Source of the DNA: an uncultured Dehalococcoidia bacterium
GTDB taxonomy: Bacteria > Chloroflexota > Dehalococcoidia > DSTF01 > JACRBR01
Length of the DNA: 64,000 bases
Assembly: GCA_964599885.1 (NCBI GenBank)
Contig: CAZRHH010000005.1
Coordinates: 23,431 to 87,430, forward strand
Direction: 5' to 3'
Below are positions 55,065-64,000 of the stretch, in pieces (the first letter of the stretch is position 1; each line of letters begins with the position of its first letter). Below the pieces are notes generated by a model. The model searched no databases, was not told where the DNA came from, and saw only the letters and a program-made list of their open reading frames with translations. The position numbers and the translations under genes are program-made.

Positions 55065-56393
55065 ATGCTCGACGACCAGAAAGACTTCGTACTTCAGAGC
55101 TGCCGCGATCAGGACATCAAGTTCATCCGGCTCTGGTTCACCGACATCCTCGGTTCACTCAAGAGCTTCGCGATCACCGTCGAAGAACTCGAAGAAGCGC
55201 TCGCCGATGGCCAGGGCTTCGACGGATCAAGCATCGAAGGCTTCGCTCGCGTCGACGAGTCCGACATGATCGCCATGCCCGACCCCGCCACGTTCCAGGT
55301 ACTGCCGTGGCGTCCGCGCGAACGCGGCGTCGCCCGCATGTTCTGCGACATCCAGCACCCCGACGGATCGCCCTTCGTCGGCGACCCCCGCTACGTGCTC
55401 AAGCGACAGCTCAAGCGCGCCGCCGATCTCGGCTTCACGTTCTACGTCGGCCCCGAACTCGAGTTCTTCTACTTCAAGTCGTCCGAAGCGCCCGAGGGCC
55501 TCGACAAGGGCGGCTATTTCGACCTCACCCCGCTCGACGTTGCCAGCGATCTCCGTCGCCAAACAGTCCTGACACTCGAAGAGATGGGCATCGGCGTCGA
55601 GTTCAGCTTTCACGAAGCGTCGCCGAGCCAGCACGAGATCGACCTACGCTACACCGACGCGCTGACCATGGCCGACAACGCGATGACGTACCGCCTCGTC
55701 GTCAAGGAAGTGGCGCTCGCCAACGGCGCCTACGCAACCTTCATGCCGAAACCGCTCGCCGCCGAGAACGGGTCCGGCATGCACACGCATCAGTCGCTCT
55801 TCAAAGGGGACACCAACGCCTTCTTCGACGAAAACGACGAGTACCACCTGTCGCCGATCGCGAAATCGTACATGGCCGGCATGCTGCGCCACGCGCCTGA
55901 GTTCACGCTGGTCACCAACCAGTGGATCAACAGCTACAAGCGCCTCGTGCCCGGCTACGAAGCGCCCGTCTACACAACGTGGGCACGGCGCAACCGCTCC
56001 GACCTGATCCGCGTCCCCGAATACCGCGCCGGCCGCGAAGCAGCGACCCGTATTGAGTACCGCGCGCCCGACGCCGCCTGCAACCCATACCTCGCGTTCG
56101 CCGTCATGCTCGCCGCCGGCCTCGAAGGCATCGAGCGAGAGTACCCGCTCGGCCCCCCGACGGAGGACAACGTCTTCGAACTCGGCGAGGAGGGCCGGCA
56201 CGCCCGCGGCATCGAAACGCTCCCCGGCAGCCTGAAGGAAGCGATCGAAGCATTCGGCGCCAGCGACTTCGCCCGCCGCGCTCTCGGCGATCACGTCTTC
56301 GAGAGCCTGCTGCGCAACAAGACGATCGAGAACGACGCCTTCCGCAAACACGTCACCGACTTCGAAATGGACCGCTACCTGGCCGTGCTGTAG
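55065..56393 (+). CDS. glnA: Glutamine synthetase (type I family)
   Basis: SD GGAGAA. 'FDGSSIEGF', 'VGPELEFF', 'KPLAAENGSGMHTHQSL', 'NPYLAFAVMLAAGLEGIE' signatures; 442 aa. Confidence 0.9.
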   Translation: MLDDQKDFVLQSCRDQDIKFIRLWFTDILGSLKSFAITVEELEEALADGQGFDGSSIEGFARVDESDMIAMPDPATFQVLPWRPRERGVARMFCDIQHPDGSPFVGDPRYVLKRQLKRAADLGFTFYVGPELEFFYFKSSEAPEGLDKGGYFDLTPLDVASDLRRQTVLTLEEMGIGVEFSFHEASPSQHEIDLRYTDALTMADNAMTYRLVVKEVALANGAYATFMPKPLAAENGSGMHTHQSLFKGDTNAFFDENDEYHLSPIAKSYMAGMLRHAPEFTLVTNQWINSYKRLVPGYEAPVYTTWARRNRSDLIRVPEYRAGREAATRIEYRAPDAACNPYLAFAVMLAAGLEGIEREYPLGPPTEDNVFELGEEGRHARGIETLPGSLKEAIEAFGASDFARRALGDHVFESLLRNKTIENDAFRKHVTDFEMDRYLAVL

Positions 56394-56420
56394 CCGGATC
56401 AACGGCAAGCTGGAAGAACG

Positions 56421-56660
56421 GACGTAGCCGCGGAGCTTTAGCTCCGCCGGACTCCGAAACGCCGGATGCGCTCACGTACAACGGATGTAGCGGCGGAGCT
56501 GAAGCTCCGCCGGACGCCGAACCGCCGGATGCGCGTTCATACACAACGTCAACGCTGCGGCCCAGCCGGAACGCGAACCTGCGCTACCGCCCGACGGATG
56601 TAGCTGCGGAGCTCTAGCTCCGCCGGACGCCGAGCCGCCGGATGCGCGCCGTCACCACCG
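56421..56660. repeat. Tandem array (3 full + 1 degenerate) of about 60-bp REP-like hairpin repeats between convergent glnA and GNAT genes
   Basis: Unit 'GTAGCNGCGGAGCTNNAGCTCCGCCGGACNCCGAANCGCCGGATGCGC' at 56421, 56482 and 56594, with a degenerate copy near 56545. The core GCGGAGCT/AGCTCCGC is a perfect inverted repeat. Confidence 0.6.
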
Positions 56661-56683
56661 CCAACACCCGAACTACGACCGGA

Positions 56684-57184
56684 TCAATCCCAACCATTCC
56701 CGCGATCTGTCGCCGCCGACTTCGCCAGCGCCGCTAGCACATCGCCCGCCAGCCGAAACGTCGTCCATTCATCCATCCCCGTCGCGCCCAGCGATCGATA
56801 GAACGCGATCGACGGCTCGTTCCAGTCCAGCACCGCCCACTCCAGCCGTCCGCATCCGCGCTGCATCGCCAGCGCCGCCAGATGCGCCAGCAGCGCCCTG
56901 CCGTGCCCGCCACCACGATGCTCCGGGCGGACGAACAGATCCTCGAGATACAACCCCGGCTTCGCGAGAAACGTCGAGTAGTTGTGAAAGAAAAGGGCAA
57001 ACCCAACCACGACGCCATCCTGCTCGGCGAGCACTACCTCTGCGTATCGCCGCTCACCGAAGAGATGCTCGCGCAGTTCGTGCTCGTCGAGCATGACCTC
57101 GTGCGCCAGCCGCTCGTACTCAGCCAGCGCGCGAATCAACTCCGCGATCGTCGCAATGTCGTCCCGTGTCGCCGCGCGAATCAT
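56684..57184 (-). CDS. GNAT-family N-acetyltransferase
   Basis: Start at internal Met 'MIRAATRDDIATIAELI'; 'RPEHRGGGHGRALLAHL' acetyl-CoA motif. Confidence 0.8.
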   Translation of the reverse strand: MIRAATRDDIATIAELIRALAEYERLAHEVMLDEHELREHLFGERRYAEVVLAEQDGVVVGFALFFHNYSTFLAKPGLYLEDLFVRPEHRGGGHGRALLAHLAALAMQRGCGRLEWAVLDWNEPSIAFYRSLGATGMDEWTTFRLAGDVLAALAKSAATDRGNGWD

Positions 57185-57231
57185 CCGCCGATCGTAGCAG
57201 CGCCCGATCGACGGCAACAGCGTCGCTCGAT

Positions 57232-57290
57232 CCGACGTAGCCGCGGAGCTTCAGCTCCGGCGGGCATCAAACGCCGGATGCGCCCCGTTT
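57232..57290. repeat. Fourth copy of the REP-like hairpin repeat, on the other side of the GNAT gene
   Basis: 'GACGTAGCCGCGGAGCTTCAGCTCCGGCGGGCATCAAACGCCGGATGCGC' matches the 56421 unit at roughly 85% identity. Confidence 0.55.
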
Positions 57291-57331
57291 CGGGCGCACG
57301 CCTCGATTCAACAACCAGGCGTCACTCGAAC

Positions 57332-58144
57332 TTACGCAGCGCTCGGCACACGCCGCCGCTTGTCCCTCGGCACGGCACAGCCGGTCCGCCGTCGCGCACC
57401 ACCCCGCAACCCCCGTTTCGCCCCCGTTCCCGTAGCCGCCAGTAGCTCGCCGATTGCGCGGTACACCTGCGGATTGACGATCATCCCGATGTGCGTGCCC
57501 GCCACCTCAATCTGCCCGGCGTTCCCGCCGCGGGTACACGTTCTCCAATCGACGATCCCATCACGCTTCGAGAAGATGGATGTCTCGCCGACGGTCGTCG
57601 GCAGTTCCGCCTGAAGTTCGATCATGCAGCTTCCGTTGCACGAACCCCGTAGCCGCTCCGCCGCCGTGACCACGATCGGATGCACCTTCATCCCCTGCAC
57701 GGGCGAACCGAGCGTGATCACCTGCGCGACCCGATCCGGCCACCGCGCAGCAAGCCCACGCGCCAGCATGCCGCCCAGGCTGTGCCCGATCACCGTCACC
57801 CTCGCGCCGGTCTCCGCGTACGCACGGTCAAGGGTGCGACGAAGCTTCTTGATCGTCGCGTCCGGGCAACCCACGTTGCGGCCGATCTCCGCGTAATACG
57901 GCACATAGCCCATGCGCTTGAGCCACGCGTGCAACTCAAACATCGATGCGTCGGACGCCATAAACCCGGGAATCAGCATCACGCCTTGTCCCTCGCCGCG
58001 CTCAACTCCGACGCCCGCATACACCGGCGAGTAGTGCAACGATAGCCAGTCCAGCCCGGCGAACGCCTCGCGCCAGATCGGCAATCGCGCGCTTACGTCG
58101 CGCCGGTCGTATGCCGTTCCTCCCGAAGTTGTGTGGTGCGGCAT
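57332..58144 (-). CDS. Alpha/beta-hydrolase (lipase/esterase-like) protein
   Basis: 'VTVIGHSLGGMLARG' GxSxG nucleophile elbow; 270 aa; Arg-rich C-terminal tail. Confidence 0.7.
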   Translation of the reverse strand: MPHHTTSGGTAYDRRDVSARLPIWREAFAGLDWLSLHYSPVYAGVGVERGEGQGVMLIPGFMASDASMFELHAWLKRMGYVPYYAEIGRNVGCPDATIKKLRRTLDRAYAETGARVTVIGHSLGGMLARGLAARWPDRVAQVITLGSPVQGMKVHPIVVTAAERLRGSCNGSCMIELQAELPTTVGETSIFSKRDGIVDWRTCTRGGNAGQIEVAGTHIGMIVNPQVYRAIGELLAATGTGAKRGLRGGARRRTGCAVPRDKRRRVPSAA

Positions 58145-58367
58145 CGTCGTCCTCCGTTCGTATCCCGCCTATGTAATGGTAGGCAGCGGACGCAGCCATT
58201 GGCGATGGATCGGGCAACAATTACCGCGATCGCCCGCTGACAGAGCAGTAACAATGAGATGCAAATGCGATGCCCGGCACCGCTCAACGAACGGTTGTAA
58301 CGACAACGGCCAGCGAGAGCCGCCGCGAACGCAGCGCTAGCGGCTACCCCAGTGCTCGGATGTTGGG

Positions 58368-59813
58368 TCAGACGAAGAGGAACGCCGTCGCGTTGTCGAT
58401 TACATCGAAGAGTTGCTGCGGATACAGGCCGACGTAGAACACGCCGACTATCATCGCCACCGCCAGCCCCTGCATCAGGTACGGCACATCGAGCGTGGTA
58501 CTGCCTTCGTGCGGCGTGCTGACGAACGCCTCGCGCATCACCTGCAGGTAGTAGTACAGCGAGATCACGCTCGTGACGACGCCGATCGCCGCCAGCCAGA
58601 TATACCCTTCGTTGGTCGCCGCCTGGAACAGAATGAACTTCGTCACGAACCCTGCGAACAGCGGTAGCCCTGCGAGCGAAAACAGCGCGCCGGCAAGCAC
58701 CCCCGCGAGCAACGGCGCCCGTTCGCGCATACCGCGGAAGTCGCTGATCTCCTCGCTATCGTTCATGTGCGTCCACGCGATGATCACCACGAAGATCGCA
58801 AGATTCGACAACATGTACCCCGTAAGGTGCAGCACGATCGCCGACGCCGTGTCGTGCGACAGCCCGGCGATGCCCATCAGCATGTAGCCGACTTGTCCGA
58901 TCGACGAGTACGCCATCAGCCGTTTGATGTTGTGCTGCTGCAGCGCCACCAGATTCCCGAAGATCATCGTCGCCGCCGCCACGCCCGCGATCATCCAGCT
59001 CCAATCATCGTGGACGACCTCAAACGCGCCGCTGAACAGCCGCAGCAGCAGCGCGAATCCCGCCGCCTTCGACGTTGTCGACAGATAGGCGGTGACGGCC
59101 ACCGGTGCACCTTCATACGCATCCGGCGTCCACATGTGGAACGGCACTGCCGCCACCTTGAACCCGAGCCCGGCGATAATTAGCACAAGTCCCATCAGCA
59201 GCGCGAACTCGTAGTCCTCCGTGCCAGTAGCGAGCGACGCCGAGATGTCGTCGTAATACGTCGAACCCGTGATCCCGTAGATCAGGCTCAACCCGTACAG
59301 AAACATTGCCGACGAAAACGCACCCAGCAGCAGATACTTGAGTCCGGCTTCGTTCGACCGCTTGTCCAGCTTCGCGTACGAAACGAGGATGTACAGGCTG
59401 AAACTCAACAGCTCGAGCGAGAGATACGCCGTCATCAACTCGCGCGACGCAGCCATACCAACCGCGCCGATCGTCGAAAGAATGATCAGCCCGTAGTATT
59501 CGCCCGGATGCCTTAGCCGATCCTCGACGAACTTGCCGGATGCCAGGCAGACGACACCGGCAATCGCCATGAAGAACACGCGAAAGTACGTTGTGTAGTT
59601 ATCGATCGCGATGATCCGCGCGAAATCGCTTTCGACGTCGATCCACGCCATCGAGATGCCCGCCGTAGCGAACAGCCCCGCCGCCGCTACATACGACAGC
59701 CACGTCTTGCGCAACTGCGGCATGAACAAATCGAGCCCGACGACGAGTACGACCAGCCCGCCGAGAATGAACTCCGGGATGAACAGCGTGTAATCGAAGT
59801 TCAGCTCGCTCAT
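58368..59813 (-). CDS. nuoN: NADH-quinone oxidoreductase subunit N
   Basis: 14-TM antiporter-like subunit; sits at the end of the nuo operon. Confidence 0.9.
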   Translation of the reverse strand: MSELNFDYTLFIPEFILGGLVVLVVGLDLFMPQLRKTWLSYVAAAGLFATAGISMAWIDVESDFARIIAIDNYTTYFRVFFMAIAGVVCLASGKFVEDRLRHPGEYYGLIILSTIGAVGMAASRELMTAYLSLELLSFSLYILVSYAKLDKRSNEAGLKYLLLGAFSSAMFLYGLSLIYGITGSTYYDDISASLATGTEDYEFALLMGLVLIIAGLGFKVAAVPFHMWTPDAYEGAPVAVTAYLSTTSKAAGFALLLRLFSGAFEVVHDDWSWMIAGVAAATMIFGNLVALQQHNIKRLMAYSSIGQVGYMLMGIAGLSHDTASAIVLHLTGYMLSNLAIFVVIIAWTHMNDSEEISDFRGMRERAPLLAGVLAGALFSLAGLPLFAGFVTKFILFQAATNEGYIWLAAIGVVTSVISLYYYLQVMREAFVSTPHEGSTTLDVPYLMQGLAVAMIVGVFYVGLYPQQLFDVIDNATAFLFV

Positions 59814-61315
59814 GAGACTCCCGGCAGATTACGCACGGACTCCTGGATGCGGTCGATGAATGGCGCCGGCCACAACCCCATGAAGAGCATGAACGAAAGC
59901 ATCAGCACCGCCGTGCCGCGCTCCAGGTACGTCATCTCCTTCAAGTCCGACCACTTCTCGTTGAACGGCCCGAAGAACGACATCGCCATCATCCGCAGGA
60001 TGTACACCGCCGTCATCATCGCCGCGAAGATGCCAAGCGCCGCCGCCCACGGATACGTTCGGAACGCGCCAACAAACACGTGGAACTCCGCAACAAATCC
60101 CGCCAGCCCCGGCAATCCAAGCGACGCCAGCCCCGCGATCCCAAAGAACCACACGAACAGCGGCATCCGGTGGATCAATCCACTGAACAGCGTCATGTCG
60201 CGCGTGTGCGCCTGGTCGTACACAGAACCCACCATCGCGAAGAACATCGCCGTCATCACACCGTGCGCGAACATCTGCAGCACGCCGCCCGTCACGCCGA
60301 TCGGGTTCATCGTCGCCAGGCCGATCAGCACCAGCCCCATGTGGCTCACCGACGAATACCCGATCATGTACTTGAAGTCGCGCTGCGCCGTCGCCGCGAA
60401 CGCGCCGTACACAACGTTTGCTGTCGCCAGCACCATCAACCCCGGCATCCAGAACGTCGCGCCTTCCGGCAGCAACTGAATGCCGAGGCGGATGATGCCG
60501 AACGCGCCAAGCTTCATCAGCACGCCCGCGTGAAGCATCGAAACCGCCGTCGGCGCCGAGACGTGACCGTCCGGCGACCACGTGTGGAACGGCCACAAGC
60601 CAGCTAGCACGCCGCAGCCGATTACGAAGAGCGGGAAGACGATCTTCTGAAAGTTCTCGTCGAAGCTGTACGCGTACAGCGTCCGAAGATCGAACGTGCC
60701 CTGACCCGCCTCGTTGAACACAGCGAATATGCCGATAAAGATCAGAATCGATGCCGCCACCAGCATGATCGTCAGCTTCATCGCGCTGTATTCCTTAGTG
60801 CGCGTGAACGTCGGGAACGTGGTGCTCGATCCCCAAACCGCGATCAGCAGGTACATCGGCAATACGGCCACCTCGTACCAGAAGAAGAAGAAGAAAAGGT
60901 CGAGCGCCGTGAACGTGCCATACACGCCCGACACCAGCACCCAGAACAGGATGAAGAAGTCCTTGTTGTGATGCTCGATCTTCCATGAGATCAGCGCGCC
61001 ACCGAACGCGACGATGCCCGTCAGCAGCACCATCGGCGCCGCGATGCCGTCGATGCCAAACATCAGCGAGATGCCGTTCTCGCCGAGGAACCCCACGTTC
61101 TCGAGCCAGTTCAGCCGTTTCAGAAACTGATACTGTTCACCGCTGTTCACTTCGTAGACGAAAAAGATGTACGTGGAGATCGCGAACAGCACGGCGCCCA
61201 CGAGCGCGCTCAGCCAGCGGACGATGTCCTTCCGTTCATCCGGGATCAGCAGGATGACAAGCGCCGCCACGAGCGGAATGCCCACCGTCGCAATCAGCCA
61301 GTAACCCGAATCCAT
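59810..61315 (-). CDS. nuoM: NADH-quinone oxidoreductase subunit M
   Basis: 'WLPDAHVSAPT'-like motif 'WSPDGHVSAPTAVSMLHAG'. 501 aa; 4-nt overlap with nuoN. Confidence 0.92.
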   Translation of the reverse strand: MDSGYWLIATVGIPLVAALVILLIPDERKDIVRWLSALVGAVLFAISTYIFFVYEVNSGEQYQFLKRLNWLENVGFLGENGISLMFGIDGIAAPMVLLTGIVAFGGALISWKIEHHNKDFFILFWVLVSGVYGTFTALDLFFFFFWYEVAVLPMYLLIAVWGSSTTFPTFTRTKEYSAMKLTIMLVAASILIFIGIFAVFNEAGQGTFDLRTLYAYSFDENFQKIVFPLFVIGCGVLAGLWPFHTWSPDGHVSAPTAVSMLHAGVLMKLGAFGIIRLGIQLLPEGATFWMPGLMVLATANVVYGAFAATAQRDFKYMIGYSSVSHMGLVLIGLATMNPIGVTGGVLQMFAHGVMTAMFFAMVGSVYDQAHTRDMTLFSGLIHRMPLFVWFFGIAGLASLGLPGLAGFVAEFHVFVGAFRTYPWAAALGIFAAMMTAVYILRMMAMSFFGPFNEKWSDLKEMTYLERGTAVLMLSFMLFMGLWPAPFIDRIQESVRNLPGVS

Positions 61316-61361
61316 GCGTCTCCTTCAGGCACGGCGCGCCGTACCATCCTGCGTCTCGATC

Positions 61362-63263
<1,902 letters not shown>

Positions 63264-63310
63264 GCCGAATCCAGCGATGGTCTAGCTCCCCTCAACCCCG
63301 CGGCGCGCGC

Positions 63311-63637
63311 TCACCACTTGAGCGCATTCACCTCGTCAACGTTCGCGGTCCCGCGGTTCCTGTACACACGAAGAATGATGCCGAGCGCCAGTCCGACTTC
63401 AGCCGCCGCGATGGCGATGATAAAGATCGCGAAGATGATCCCCGTGAACAACGACGGCGCCGTATACACCGCGAACGCCACCATATTGATGCTCACGGCG
63501 TTCAGCATCAGTTCGACGGACATCAGGATCAGCACGGCGTTGCGGCGCGCAAGCACGCCGTACACGCCGATCGAGAACAGCACGCCCGACAGCACCAGAA
63601 AATGCTGCAGCGGGATCTCAGCGGATACCGTCTCCAA
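63311..63637 (-). CDS. nuoK: NADH-quinone oxidoreductase subunit K
   Basis: About 100 aa, 3 TM, 'AAAEVGLALGIIL' conserved Glu-containing helix. Confidence 0.88.
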   Translation of the reverse strand: METVSAEIPLQHFLVLSGVLFSIGVYGVLARRNAVLILMSVELMLNAVSINMVAFAVYTAPSLFTGIIFAIFIIAIAAAEVGLALGIILRVYRNRGTANVDEVNALKW

Positions 63638-64000
63638 CTAGCGCTCTCCCTCTTCCTGCATCGCGATCACGACCGCGCCGACCAGCGCTACCAGCAGCAC
63701 GCCCGACGCGATCTCGAATGGCACGCCCCAGCGCGTGAACAACGCGTCGCCCAGCGCCGAGAACGAAACGACGCTGAGCGTGTCCGTATTCCGCGGCCAC
63801 TCTGTTTGCGTCCACATCGCGATGAATGCGCCCAGAAGGGCGATCGCCGCGACTGCCGCAAGCGGCTTCTGCGCGCCGTCGAGATCCTCTTCCATGTCGC
63901 GGACGCGGGTCAGCATCAGTGCGAACAACACCAGCACGGTCACCGCGCCGCCGTAAATCAGCACCTGCACCAGCGCCAGAAACTCCGACGACAGCAGAAT
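63638..64000 (-). CDS. nuoJ: NADH-quinone oxidoreductase subunit J (5' end outside window)
   Basis: The frame continues past the internal Met to the window edge ('...ILLSSEFLALVQVLIYGGAVTVLVLF'), matching the NuoJ TM core. Confidence 0.8.
   Translation of the reverse strand: MLLSSEFLALVQVLIYGGAVTVLVLFALMLTRVRDMEEDLDGAQKPLAAVAAIALLGAFIAMWTQTEWPRNTDTLSVVSFSALGDALFTRWGVPFEIASGVLLVALVGAVVIAMQEEGER

Noticed and set aside
56421-56660. Possible CRISPR array (29-nt hairpin repeats with about 33-nt intervening segments)
   Set aside because: The intervening 'spacers' share a conserved block (CCGAANCGCCGGATGCGC) and have variable length, so the units are contiguous about 60-bp tandem repeats rather than unique spacers. 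No cas genes nearby.

Overview
High-GC (about 65%) bacterial chromosomal segment with dense coding on both strands. The gene content looks Chloroflexi- or Actinobacteria-like: MmpL/TetR, GT39 glycosyltransferases, and a eukaryote/archaeal-type IleS behind a T-box leader. I assign three GT-C/GT39 membrane glycosyltransferases, a CDP-alcohol phosphatidyltransferase, five DinB-like four-helix-bundle paralogs, a TetR-MmpL pair, a PAS-GGDEF-EAL sensor and several secreted proteins and lipoproteins.

Core genes present:
- prfB with its programmed +1 frameshift
- gatC-gatA
- a class A PBP
- tRNA-Leu(GAG) and tRNA-Cys(GCA)
- lepB
- ileS behind a T-box leader
- glnA
- nuoJKLMN, truncated by the window edge

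Most notable observations:
1. A GrdB/PrdB-family selenoprotein gene whose in-frame UGA (Sec, U-x-x-C) splits it into two predicted ORFs, with a bSECIS-like hairpin 11 nt downstream.
2. An endonuclease V fused in-frame to a family-I inorganic-pyrophosphatase-like domain.
3. Two DinB-like genes interrupted by 1-nt frameshifts, and an SRPBCC gene with an in-frame TAG.
4. An operator-like 32-bp palindrome in front of a small RHH-like gene.
5. A lower-GC islet carrying DUF2752-like and small membrane genes.
6. A tandem family of about 60-bp hairpin repeats flanking a GNAT gene.
7. Pro/Cys and Thr/Pro-rich secreted proteins that are plausible substrates of the GT39 enzymes.

No CRISPR array, transposase or integrase was recognised. 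All calls are from manual reading of the sequence and remembered family signatures; no searches were run.
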